Source of the DNA: an uncultured Gammaproteobacteria bacterium
Lineage (GTDB): Bacteria; Patescibacteriota; Microgenomatia; Levybacterales; UBA12049
Direction: 5' to 3'
DNA length: 33,709 bases
Assembly: GCA_964468505.1 (NCBI GenBank)
Contig: CAYXTY010000003.1
Location: 1 to 33,709 of the forward strand
In this document: piece by piece, positions 1 through 9,401 of the stretch
How the letters are laid out: every line of letters begins with the position of its first letter
How positions within the stretch are numbered: the stretch's first letter is position 1
The notes under the pieces: model-generated
Databases searched by the model: none
The model's input: only the letters and a program-made list of their open reading frames with translations
What the model was told of the DNA's origin: nothing
Program-made: the position numbers and the translations under genes

Positions 1-117
1 GTACAAGCAACTGATGTTTTATTTAGTAAAAAACCTGTAAAGTTATTCGCAATTAACACTGGTTATCAATTGCTTTCACTTATTGGAATGGGAGTTGTAA
101 TTGGACTGCTTTCATAG
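1..117 (+). CDS. 3' end of an unidentified gene (C-terminal hydrophobic helix)
   Basis: Frame 1 is open from the window edge to TAG 115-117. Hand translation ends ...NTGYQLLSLIGMGVVIGLLS*. Too short to name. Confidence 0.35.
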   Translation, partial: VQATDVLFSKKPVKLFAINTGYQLLSLIGMGVVIGLLS

Positions 118-122
118 GCCAT

Positions 123-145
123 CAACCCCGATTTAATCGGGGTTG
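123..145 (+). terminator. Perfect 10-bp hairpin after the upstream gene, without a U-tract; its 3' arm overlaps the -35 of the pur promoter
   Basis: Read directly: CAACCCCGAT-tta-ATCGGGGTTG, stem 123-132/136-145. It is followed by ACAATTCTT, not a T run. Confidence 0.3.
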
Positions 146-170
146 ACAATTCTTAGAAAAGAAATAAAAT
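143..170 (+). promoter_or_regulatory. Putative sigma70-type promoter of the pur operon (leaderless purK)
   Basis: TTGACA 143-148, 16-nt spacer, TAAAAT 165-170, then 6 nt to ATG 177. Confidence 0.55.
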
Positions 171-176
171 CAAAAC

Positions 177-1310
177 ATGATTTACCCCGCAATAATTGGC
201 ATAGTCGGTGGAGGACAACTTGCTAAGATGCTGACAATTGCTGCGAAGAAAATGGGGTTTATTGTTATCGTCACTGATCCAACCCCCCAAAGTCCCGCTG
301 GTCAAGTTGCAGACCGTCAATTAATAGGTGGCTATAAAGACAAAAAAGTTACTCGTGAGCTTGCAAAGTTAGTTGATGTTATTACAGTTGATGCAGAATT
401 TGTGAATGACACAGTTTTATCAGAAATTGAAAAATCCGGAATACCAGTCCACCCATCTCCAAAAACCATAACTATAATAAAAGATAAATTAAGGCAAAAA
501 GAATTTTTAAGAAAAAATAAAATTGCCACTGCGGATTTCGTTTCCATTGAAAGTCTAGATGATATAAAAAGAGCAATTAAAAAGTTTGGTCTGCCAATTT
601 TATTAAAAGCTCGTGAAGATGCATATGACGGAAAAGGAAATTTTGTTATCAGAAAAGAGTCTGACATCGAGATTGGTTTGGCAAAGCTTAAAGATAGAAA
701 GCTTTATGTTGAAAAATTTGTTCCATTTGTTAAAGAGCTTGCGATAATGGTTGCAAGAACTCCAAAAGGTGAGATTGCCACTTATCAGGTGGTTGAAACG
801 ATTCATGTTAATAATGTTTGTGATACCGTGATTGCTCCCGCAAAAGTTTCAAAAAAAGCTAGCAAAAATGCTACAAATCTTGCCAAAAAAACCATGAAGC
901 AATTAAAGGGCGCTGGAGTTTTTGGTATTGAAATGTTTTTACTGAAGGGTGATAAAGTTCTAGTTAATGAAATTGCACCACGCGTTCATAACTCCGGCCA
1001 TTACACAATTGAGGCAAATGTTACATCTCAATTTGAGCAGCACATTCGCGCAATTACAGGTTTGCCGCTTGGGTCAACAGATTTAGTGGTAAAATCAGCA
1101 GTAATGAAAAATATCCTGGGTGAATATGAAGGCCCGGGACATCCAAAGGGACTTGATAAGGCTTTAAAGATTAGTGGTGTTTCATTTCATTTATATAATA
1201 AAAAAGATTCGAGAGTTGGAAGAAAAATGGGCCATATTACAGTAGTTGGGGAAAGTGAGAAATTAAATTTACAAAAAGCGAATAAAGCAAGAAAGGCATT
1301 AATAATATGA
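177..1310 (+). CDS. purK: N5-carboxyaminoimidazole ribonucleotide synthase (ATP-grasp)
   Basis: 377 aa. N-terminal IGIVGGGQLAKM resembles the PurK GGGQL motif. ATP-grasp layout. ATGA overlap with a class I purE. Confidence 0.9.
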   Translation: MIYPAIIGIVGGGQLAKMLTIAAKKMGFIVIVTDPTPQSPAGQVADRQLIGGYKDKKVTRELAKLVDVITVDAEFVNDTVLSEIEKSGIPVHPSPKTITIIKDKLRQKEFLRKNKIATADFVSIESLDDIKRAIKKFGLPILLKAREDAYDGKGNFVIRKESDIEIGLAKLKDRKLYVEKFVPFVKELAIMVARTPKGEIATYQVVETIHVNNVCDTVIAPAKVSKKASKNATNLAKKTMKQLKGAGVFGIEMFLLKGDKVLVNEIAPRVHNSGHYTIEANVTSQFEQHIRAITGLPLGSTDLVVKSAVMKNILGEYEGPGHPKGLDKALKISGVSFHLYNKKDSRVGRKMGHITVVGESEKLNLQKANKARKALII

Positions 1311-1822
1311 AAAAAGAAGTGGCAATTCTAATGGGATCAGATTCAGATTTGGGAGTTATGAAAGACGCGGCAGAAATATTGGAAAGCTTTGGAATTGGAT
1401 ATCATCTTTCAATTGTTTCTGCACATAGGACTCCTGAAAGATTATTTGATTTTGCAAAAACAGCTGAAAAAAAAGGATTTAAGGTCATTATTGCTGGCGC
1501 CGGAGGGTCGGCACATTTACCAGGAATGATAGCTTCACTAACTCCACTTCCTGTGATCGGAGTGCCTGTAAAAGGAAAATCTTTCGAAGGACTTGATTCA
1601 CTTCTTTCCATTGTTCAAATGCCTCCTGGAATCCCAGTCGCGGCAGTTGCAGTGAATGGTGCAAAAAATGCAGGAATTTTAGCAGCAAGTATAATTGGTG
1701 TAAGTAATAAAAAAATATTAAAAAAAGTTTATGATTACAAAAATAGTTTAGAAAAAGAAGTATTAAGAAAAGTACAAAAGCTTGAGAAAATTGGATTTCA
1801 AAAATATTTAGATGAAAAATAA
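1307..1822 (+). CDS. purE: N5-CAIR mutase (class I PurE)
   Basis: 171 aa. SAHRTP and GGSAHLPGM motifs. ATGA coupling to purK. Confidence 0.92.
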   Translation: MKKEVAILMGSDSDLGVMKDAAEILESFGIGYHLSIVSAHRTPERLFDFAKTAEKKGFKVIIAGAGGSAHLPGMIASLTPLPVIGVPVKGKSFEGLDSLLSIVQMPPGIPVAAVAVNGAKNAGILAASIIGVSNKKILKKVYDYKNSLEKEVLRKVQKLEKIGFQKYLDEK

Positions 1823-3269
1823 TTCTCAAAACGAAAAAGTAGATATAGTTGACAAGAATTTAAATACCCTCCATAAAACCACGAAAAAAGATGCTCACGA
1901 AAAAGGACTTCTACATAAAACTGTTATTGCTGAGGTGGTTGACTCCAAAGGAAGATACTTACTCGTAAAACAAGCACCTGACAGACAAGATGCTGGACAG
2001 TTTGTTTCCCCTGTAGGAGGACACGTTAGATCAAATGAATCCGATGAAGAAGCTTTAAGAAGAGAGGCATTTGAAGAATTAGGAATTAAAAATTTCACAT
2101 TTGAATTTTTAGGAAAAATTATTTACAACAGAAAAATTCTTGGAAGAATGGAAAATCACTATTTTATAATTTACAAAATAAAATGGAGCAAGAAAATAAA
2201 ATTAAATCATGAGTCAGTAGATTTTAAATGGTTTACGGTTAAGGAGTTAAAGTTTGCTCTAAAAAATAATAGAGAAATATTTGGAGCTGCATATTTGACA
2301 TGCCCTTTGGAAATGTATTTAGGAGAAGTAAAAAAGTCTAAAAAATTGAGTAAAAGTACATTAATTAAAACAGTTGACCTAAGGGGATTTGGTAAAAAAT
2401 ATCAAGGTAAAGTTAGAGACTGTTATATAGTTGGAGATAAAAGAATTTTGATTACAACGGATCGTATATCGGCATTTGATGTAATTCTCGGACTTATTCC
2501 AGGAAAGGGAGCGGTGCTAAATCAACTCGCAGCTTTTTGGTTTGACAAAACACGTGACATAATTCCAAACCACATTATTTCTGTGCCCCATCCAAATATA
2601 AGTATTGTCAAAAATGTAAAACTTATTCCAATTGAAATGGTAGTTAGAGGATATATCTCTGGAGTTACAAATACTTCAATTTGGGGAAGTTACCAAAAAG
2701 GTGAAAGAGTAATTTATGGAATTAAATTCCCTGATGGACTTTCGAAAAATCAAAAATTAAAAACCCCAGTTATAACACCCACTACTAAAGCTGAATCAGG
2801 ACATGACGAAAGATTAACTGAGAAAGAGATTATTGATCGAAAAATAGTGACTCCTAGAATTTGGAAGCAAATGAAAAAAGCGGCGTTAGAATTATTTGAA
2901 AGAGGGACTAAGATTTGTGAAAAAGGCGGAATAATTTTAGTAGATACGAAGTATGAATTTGGACTGGATGAGAACGGAAAGCTAATTTTAATAGATGAGA
3001 TTCATACTCCAGATTCTTCAAGATTTTGGATTAAAAAAACATACAAAGAGCGAATTAAAAAAGGATTGGAACCAGAAAATTTTGATAAAGAATTCCTAAG
3101 GCTTTGGTATGCCAAAAGAGGTTATACTGGGGATGGAAAACCTCCGAAAATGTCGCCAGTACTTGCAAATCAAGTAAGTAAACGTTATATTCAAATATAT
3201 AAAAAGATCACCGGAAAAAAGCCTGAAAAAGAAAAAGTTTCGTTAAGAAATATTCAGATTAAAATTTAG
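1812..3269 (+). CDS. purC: Nudix hydrolase domain fused to long-form SAICAR synthetase
   Basis: One 485-aa frame. aa 70-92, GHVRSNESDEEALRREAFEELGI, is a perfect Nudix box (nt 2019-2087). aa ~183-485 carry PurC motifs GKVRDCY, TDRISAFDV and LVDTKYEFG. Confidence 0.85.
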   Translation: MKNNSQNEKVDIVDKNLNTLHKTTKKDAHEKGLLHKTVIAEVVDSKGRYLLVKQAPDRQDAGQFVSPVGGHVRSNESDEEALRREAFEELGIKNFTFEFLGKIIYNRKILGRMENHYFIIYKIKWSKKIKLNHESVDFKWFTVKELKFALKNNREIFGAAYLTCPLEMYLGEVKKSKKLSKSTLIKTVDLRGFGKKYQGKVRDCYIVGDKRILITTDRISAFDVILGLIPGKGAVLNQLAAFWFDKTRDIIPNHIISVPHPNISIVKNVKLIPIEMVVRGYISGVTNTSIWGSYQKGERVIYGIKFPDGLSKNQKLKTPVITPTTKAESGHDERLTEKEIIDRKIVTPRIWKQMKKAALELFERGTKICEKGGIILVDTKYEFGLDENGKLILIDEIHTPDSSRFWIKKTYKERIKKGLEPENFDKEFLRLWYAKRGYTGDGKPPKMSPVLANQVSKRYIQIYKKITGKKPEKEKVSLRNIQIKI

Positions 3270-3272
3270 CTG

Positions 3273-4691
3273 ATGACTTTACAAGACCCTGACAAGATAA
3301 GAGAAAAATGCGCCGTGTTTGGCGTGTACGGCAGGAAAGGGCTTCAAGCTGCAAGATTAACTTACTTCGGATTATATACACTTCAACATAGAGGACAGGA
3401 GAGTTCAGGAATTTCCGCAACAAATGGAAGACAGCTCCGAACCCACAAGGCGAATGGATTGGTTACCCAGGTGTATAACGAGGATAATTTCAAAGAGCTA
3501 AAAGGTCATATGGCAATTGGGCATAATAGATATTCGACATCTGGCGGAATTCACGATTCACATGCGCAGCCTGTTACTTCCAGACGTGCAATGCATGATA
3601 TTTTAGTTCTCGCGCACAATGGGAATTTACCTATAGATGAAAATCTATCTGCTTTCTTGAAGGAAAAAGGTTTTTACACTGATGGATTGAATGATTCTGA
3701 ATTGATGCATCAAGTCATAAGATATTTTCTTGTTAAAACAGGTTCTCTTGAGGAGGCAATAAAATTATCATTCCCAATGTTTAAGGGTGCATTTTCACTT
3801 TTAGTAATGACGAAAGATAAAATTGCTGCTGTTAGGGATTCATATGGAATTCGGCCTTTAACATTGGGAAAATTAGGGGGAGGATATGTGTTTTCATCGG
3901 AAACATGCGCAATCGATACGGTGGACGGAAAATATATAAGAGATGTAAAGCCTGGAGAAATGGTGGTAGTTGATTCGTCGGGATTAAAATCATATCAACT
4001 TGGAAAGCCTACGCCAAAACTAGATATTTTTGAATTTGTTTATTTCGCGAGACCCGACAGTACGCTCTTAGGAAAGAGTGTTTATGAAGTTAGAAGAAAT
4101 ATGGGGGTGCAATTAGCTCGCGAAAATCCGATAAAAGCAGATGTTGTAATTCCGATTCCCGATTCCTCAATCCCCGCAGCGATTGGATACGCAGCCACTT
4201 TGAAAATTCCTCTTGAATTTGGTATTACAAAAAACAGATATATTGGACGTACTTTTATTATGCCAGATCAGCATTTAAGGGAAAGAGGAGTGGAGATGAA
4301 GCATAATCCCATAAAAGAAATTATTAAAGGGAAAAATGTTGTGGTTATTGATGATTCGATAGTCAGGGGAACAACAGCAAAAAAATTAGTTCAAATGCTT
4401 AAAAAAAATGGAGCAAAAAAAGTTCACATAATAAGCTCATCTCCTCCTGTAAAATTTCCGGACTTTTATGGAATAGATACTCCAACCCAGAAAAATTTAA
4501 TTGGAGCGAATATGAGTATTCCTAAGATTAAAAAGTTTATAGGAGCTGACTCTTTATATTTCCTTTCGTACAAAGGACTGTTAAAAGCAATAGGAGTTCC
4601 AGAGGAAGAATTGTGCACAGCCTGTTTTACTGGAGAGTATCCGATTGATATTGGCAAAAAAAGAAAACTTATTAAATATGAAAACTCATGA
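3273..4691 (+). CDS. purF: Amidophosphoribosyltransferase (propeptide and Fe-S type)
   Basis: 472 aa. Ntn-Cys follows a 12-aa propeptide (..IREK/CAVFGV). PRTase loop VVVIDDSIVRGTT. C-terminal CTACFTGEYP. Confidence 0.95.
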   Translation: MTLQDPDKIREKCAVFGVYGRKGLQAARLTYFGLYTLQHRGQESSGISATNGRQLRTHKANGLVTQVYNEDNFKELKGHMAIGHNRYSTSGGIHDSHAQPVTSRRAMHDILVLAHNGNLPIDENLSAFLKEKGFYTDGLNDSELMHQVIRYFLVKTGSLEEAIKLSFPMFKGAFSLLVMTKDKIAAVRDSYGIRPLTLGKLGGGYVFSSETCAIDTVDGKYIRDVKPGEMVVVDSSGLKSYQLGKPTPKLDIFEFVYFARPDSTLLGKSVYEVRRNMGVQLARENPIKADVVIPIPDSSIPAAIGYAATLKIPLEFGITKNRYIGRTFIMPDQHLRERGVEMKHNPIKEIIKGKNVVVIDDSIVRGTTAKKLVQMLKKNGAKKVHIISSSPPVKFPDFYGIDTPTQKNLIGANMSIPKIKKFIGADSLYFLSYKGLLKAIGVPEEELCTACFTGEYPIDIGKKRKLIKYENS

Positions 4692-5287
4692 AGTCTATCG
4701 CAGTTTTAGTTTCTAATAAAGGCACAGGTTCTAATCTTCAGGCAATAATTGACGCAATTAATAATAAAAATTTGAATGCGAAAATATCAGTTGTAATTAG
4801 CTCAGACACCGACGCATATGGGTTGCAGAGAGCGAAAAAAAATAAAATTCCTACGAAAATAACTACTAAAAAAAATTTATTTAAAATATTAAATAATTAC
4901 GACATTGATTTTATATGTTTAGCTGGATGGAGATTAATAATAGATGAGAATGTGATTAGTAAATATAAGGATAAGATTCTTAATCTTCACCCGGGTTTGA
5001 TTCCCGATAAAATAAATGGGAAAGTAAAAAATCCAGATGGTACAACAGCAATTTGGAATCGAGGAAAATTAACAGATGTTGCAATTGAAAATTTTTTAAA
5101 TAATAATGCGACATATGCTGGATCATCGATACATTTCTTATCAAATGAATTCGATTTTGGAAAAGTTTTAGATAGAACATTTGAGAAAATTAAAAAGAAT
5201 GATGATACTGAAAGTTTGTATAAAAGATTAAAGGTGAAAGAAAATAAAATGTACGTTAAAGTTTTAAAAAAACTTTGTAAATTATGA
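4688..5287 (+). CDS. purN: Phosphoribosylglycinamide formyltransferase
   Basis: 199 aa. SNKGTGSNLQAIIDA and NLHPGLIP motifs. About 20 extra residues after the HPG motif. ATGA overlaps on both sides. Confidence 0.85.
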   Translation: MKSIAVLVSNKGTGSNLQAIIDAINNKNLNAKISVVISSDTDAYGLQRAKKNKIPTKITTKKNLFKILNNYDIDFICLAGWRLIIDENVISKYKDKILNLHPGLIPDKINGKVKNPDGTTAIWNRGKLTDVAIENFLNNNATYAGSSIHFLSNEFDFGKVLDRTFEKIKKNDDTESLYKRLKVKENKMYVKVLKKLCKL

Positions 5288-6600
5288 ATATTCTAATTTT
5301 AGGTTCGGGCGGACGGGAACACGTAATAGCAGATGCTTATTCGAAAAATAAAAAAGTAAAAAAAATTTTTGTTGCGCCAGGAAATCCATTTATAGATTTT
5401 TCAAATAAAAAAGTAACTTCTCTTTTTGATATTCCCTCGATAGGTTTTGAAAAAATTAAGGATGCTATTAAAAAGTTTGACATAGATTTAGTAGATGTCG
5501 CACAGGATGATCCAATTGCATTAGGTTTTGTAGATAAATTAACTGAATTGGGAATAAAGACATTTGGCCCAACACAAAAATCATCAGAGGTTGAGTGGAG
5601 TAAGGAATGGTCAAGAAATTTTATGCTTAAGTATCATCTTCCCAGTCCGCATTTTAAAAGTTTTGATTCACAGAGTAAGGGGATTTTTTATGTTAAATCA
5701 CTAAGAGAGCAACCTTTATATGTGAAGGCATCAGGACTTGCTTTAGGAAAAGGGGCGATTAAAGCAGAGAATAAAAAAGAGGCGATTTTAGCAATCAAGC
5801 AAATGAAAAGTTTTGGAAAAGCAGGAGAAGCTTTTGTAGTTGAAGAAACGATGATTGGCGAAGAATTTTCTTTATTTGCGGTTTGTGATGGGGAAAATTA
5901 CAAGATTCTTGGATCTGCACAGGATCATAAAACAGCATTTGATGGAGATATTGGTCCTAACACTGGAGGAATGGGTTGTGCTTCAAATCCAAAGATTATT
6001 ACACCAAAAGTTGAAAAAGAAATTGAAAATAAAATTCTTGTTCCATTTATGAAAGGAATGAAGAAAGAAGAGAGACCATACTCTGGAATTTTGTATTTAG
6101 GCGGAATGATTACCCGTTCGGCAGGCTCAGGGCAAGCTGAAATTAAAATTGTGGAGTTTAATTCCAGATGGGGAGATCCGGAAGCGCAAGTTTTGATTTC
6201 TGGAATTACATCTGACTACTTAAGTATTGTTGAGGCAGTTTTAGAAAAAAAACTTAATAAATTGAAATTAAAAACAGATAAATTAATTCGGGTTAGTGTT
6301 GCAGGATGCAGCAGGGGATATCCAGTAGATTATTCAAAAGTAAAAGGTGCAAAAATAAAAGGACTTGAGAAAGTTAGTAAGTTACCAAATATAAATATTT
6401 ACGGTGCGGGAATTTCTAAAAAAGAAAATAAATTTGTGGCAACTGGCGGAAGAGTATTTCATTTGACTGGCGTAGGTATGACTTTATCCCAAGCGCGAAT
6501 GAGAGCATATGGAGCAATGTCATTGATTTCAATCGAAAATAACAATCTGCATTTTAGAAGTGATGTCGGATGGAGAGATATGGAAAGGGAAAACTTATGA
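5284..6600 (+). CDS. purD: Phosphoribosylamine-glycine ligase
   Basis: 438 aa. ILILGSGGREHVIA N-terminus and ATP-grasp core. Confidence 0.93.
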   Translation: MNILILGSGGREHVIADAYSKNKKVKKIFVAPGNPFIDFSNKKVTSLFDIPSIGFEKIKDAIKKFDIDLVDVAQDDPIALGFVDKLTELGIKTFGPTQKSSEVEWSKEWSRNFMLKYHLPSPHFKSFDSQSKGIFYVKSLREQPLYVKASGLALGKGAIKAENKKEAILAIKQMKSFGKAGEAFVVEETMIGEEFSLFAVCDGENYKILGSAQDHKTAFDGDIGPNTGGMGCASNPKIITPKVEKEIENKILVPFMKGMKKEERPYSGILYLGGMITRSAGSGQAEIKIVEFNSRWGDPEAQVLISGITSDYLSIVEAVLEKKLNKLKLKTDKLIRVSVAGCSRGYPVDYSKVKGAKIKGLEKVSKLPNINIYGAGISKKENKFVATGGRVFHLTGVGMTLSQARMRAYGAMSLISIENNNLHFRSDVGWRDMERENL

Positions 6601-9401
6601 TTTATACAGTTAGAGTAGCATCAAAAAACGAATGGGAGGATTTAAAAGGAATAGGAGTGTTAAATAAGATTAAAAAAACTCCGGTTACAAAAGTTAGGTC
6701 TGTTAGAGTTTATAGACTTGAAGGGATAGATAAGAAATCCGCAAAATTTTTAGCTGAAAAATTATTGTCCGAATCCATAAATCAAAAATACACGATTGAT
6801 GAGCAGATTTTTAATGCCCGTTCAAAAATAGAAGTCGCTTACAAGCCCGGAGTTATGAATCCAGAAGTTGCATCTATTTTAAAATCCGCAAAAGACTTAA
6901 AAGTAAAACTAATTTCAGCAGATTCTTCATGGGAATATCATTTTTTTGGAGCGTTAAGTTTGGAAAATATTAATGAGTTAGGTCTTTACAATCCTCTCAT
7001 TGAATACCTAGTGGATAAGCCTCCCAAGACGTTACAAATTTCAGGAATTGTTGGACCTACAAATATCGTCTTAATCAGAAATTGTTCTGATGAAAATTTA
7101 TTAGAACTTTCAAAAGATAAATTATTTTTAAATTTATCAGAGATGAAGGTGATTCAGGAATATTTTAGAAAAATAAAAAGAGATCCAACGGACATAGAGC
7201 TTGAAACTTTAGCTCAAACGTGGAGTGAGCATTGTGCGCATAAAACTTTTAAAGCAAATCTAATAATTGATGGAGAAAAGAAAAAGCCATTAATGGAAAG
7301 AATAAAAACAGAAGCGCTAAAGCATCCCAAGAATATAGTTTCTGCGTTTGGTGATAATTCAGGTGTTATGAAATTTTATGATGGATATTCTATTTGCGGA
7401 AAAGTTGAAACGCATAATAGTCCTTCTGCAATTGAACCATATGGAGGGGCAATGACAGGAAGCGGAGGAGTATTTCGAGATGTACTTGGCACTGGACAAG
7501 GAGCAAAAGCAATTGCCTCTACTGACATTTTTTGTTTTGCGGACCCAAATCTTCCAAAAAAAGATCTTCCACCAGGGTGCCTTAGTCCAGATTATTTACT
7601 AAAAAGAGTTGTGGAGGGAGTTAGAGATTACGGAAATCGAATGGGAATCCCCACAAATAACGGCTCAATTCACTTTCATGAAGATTTCAGAGCAAAACCT
7701 ACTGTAATAGTTGGCGCATATGGAATAATTCCCACAAAAAAAGCTAGAAAGGGAACACCAATTAAGGGAGATTTAGTAGTTGCAGTCGGAGGGAGAACAG
7801 GAAGAGACGGAATTCATGGTGCAACATTTTCTTCTGCTGAAATGACAGATAAAACAATTTCTATAAATTCGTCAGCTGTTCAAATAGGAAATGCTATAGA
7901 GGAGAAAAGAATGTTTGATGCGATAATTGAGGCCAGAGATTATGATTTAATTAGGGCAATAACTGATTGTGGTGCTGGAGGTTTTTCCTCAGCAGTTGGT
8001 GAGATAGGTTCTAAAACAGGAGTAAGAGTGGATTTAGAAAATGCTCCCTTAAAATATCACGGATTATCTCCCTGGGAAATTTGGGTTTCAGAATCACAAG
8101 AGAGAATGGTAATTGCGATTGCTAAAAAAAATATTAAAAAGTTTTTAGAAATTTGCAAAAAATATAATGTCGAAGCAGCGATTTTAGGAAATTTTACAGG
8201 TACAAAAAAACTTGAAGTTTTTTATGGTAAAAAACAGATCGCAAACTTATCAATGGAATTTTTACATAACGGTTTACCTCAAAGATTAATGATTGGTCGA
8301 AAAAGTAAGTTAGAGATTTCTAAAAAAGAGCCAAAACTTCCAAGAAAAGAATCTGACTGGATTGAAATATATAAAAAAGTTTTGTCCCATGGAAACATAA
8401 ACTCTAAAGAGCCAATTGTTAGAATGTATGATCATTCAGTTCAAGGGACAAACGATTTGCAGCCTTATTCTGGTGAAAAACTCGATTCTCCAAATGATAG
8501 CGTAGTCCTTCGTCCAATTTTAGATAAAAAATATGGAATGATTTTGTCTCACGGAATTAACCCAATCTTGAATAGAATTAATCCTTATGATGGAAGTATT
8601 TGGGCTGGAGTAGAGGCGCTATCAAACTATGTTTCAGTTGGCGGAGACATAGAAGAAGCTTCGCTTATTAACAATTATATTTGGCCTTTTCCTGACGAAG
8701 AATCTTTATATAGTCTTGATAAATCAGTTGACGCAGTAGTCGACTTAATGAAGAATTTTAAAATCCCAGTAATATCTGGAAAAGACAGTTTGTCATCAAC
8801 TTACAGAAAAGGGGACACGGTTATAAAAATTCCACCAGTTTTATGTATTTCTGTTTTTGGAAGGATTTCAGATACTACAAAAACGATTTCTTCGGATCTA
8901 AAGAAAAATAATTCTGTAATTGTTCTTGTAGGAAGTTTAGACACAAACTCTATGGGGGGATCTGTTTACTTTGATGTAAATAATTTACTCGGTGAAAGAG
9001 TTCCAAGAATAGATTTAATAGAATTTTCTAAAATTGCCAAAGTTATCAGTAAGGGAATTTTGGACGGGAAGATTTTATCTTGCCATGATATATCAGAGGG
9101 AGGAATTTTAACTTCTGTTTTTGAAATGTGTATAGGTGGAGACATGGGAGTAAACTTGAAATTGCCTAAAAATAAAAGAGAAGATTACTTTATTTTTAAT
9201 GAAACAGCAGGAGCGTTTTTAGTAGAAGTTGAGAATCGCGAAATTGCAAAGAAACTTTTTAAAAACGTTAAATATTTAATTTTGGGAGAAACAAAAAAAG
9301 AAAAAAATATTGAAGTCGTAAATAGTAAAAAAATGTTCAGTGCAAATTTGTCGGAACTAAAAAATTCTTGGCAAAAACCTATGAGGAAATTATTTCCATG
9401 A
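6597..9401 (+). CDS. purL: FGAM synthase II with two N-terminal PurS-like repeats (PurS-PurS::PurL)
   Basis: I place the start at ATG 6597 (ATGA overlap with purD), giving 934 aa. aa 1-~70 and ~77-140 each resemble PurS (..EKLLSESINQKY; ..LYNPLIEYL). The PurL core begins near DPTDIELETLAQTWSEHCAHKTF. Confidence 0.88.
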   Translation: MIYTVRVASKNEWEDLKGIGVLNKIKKTPVTKVRSVRVYRLEGIDKKSAKFLAEKLLSESINQKYTIDEQIFNARSKIEVAYKPGVMNPEVASILKSAKDLKVKLISADSSWEYHFFGALSLENINELGLYNPLIEYLVDKPPKTLQISGIVGPTNIVLIRNCSDENLLELSKDKLFLNLSEMKVIQEYFRKIKRDPTDIELETLAQTWSEHCAHKTFKANLIIDGEKKKPLMERIKTEALKHPKNIVSAFGDNSGVMKFYDGYSICGKVETHNSPSAIEPYGGAMTGSGGVFRDVLGTGQGAKAIASTDIFCFADPNLPKKDLPPGCLSPDYLLKRVVEGVRDYGNRMGIPTNNGSIHFHEDFRAKPTVIVGAYGIIPTKKARKGTPIKGDLVVAVGGRTGRDGIHGATFSSAEMTDKTISINSSAVQIGNAIEEKRMFDAIIEARDYDLIRAITDCGAGGFSSAVGEIGSKTGVRVDLENAPLKYHGLSPWEIWVSESQERMVIAIAKKNIKKFLEICKKYNVEAAILGNFTGTKKLEVFYGKKQIANLSMEFLHNGLPQRLMIGRKSKLEISKKEPKLPRKESDWIEIYKKVLSHGNINSKEPIVRMYDHSVQGTNDLQPYSGEKLDSPNDSVVLRPILDKKYGMILSHGINPILNRINPYDGSIWAGVEALSNYVSVGGDIEEASLINNYIWPFPDEESLYSLDKSVDAVVDLMKNFKIPVISGKDSLSSTYRKGDTVIKIPPVLCISVFGRISDTTKTISSDLKKNNSVIVLVGSLDTNSMGGSVYFDVNNLLGERVPRIDLIEFSKIAKVISKGILDGKILSCHDISEGGILTSVFEMCIGGDMGVNLKLPKNKREDYFIFNETAGAFLVEVENREIAKKLFKNVKYLILGETKKEKNIEVVNSKKMFSANLSELKNSWQKPMRKLFP

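Noticed and set aside
332-2098. Antisense ORFs in the track inside purK, purE and purC (332-667, 603-806, 1402-1611, 1488-1829, 1895-2098).
   Set aside because: They lie fully opposite confidently identified enzymes. Their low-complexity translations are rich in Phe, Leu, Ile and Ser. They have no start context. They are typical shadow frames of AT-rich coding DNA.
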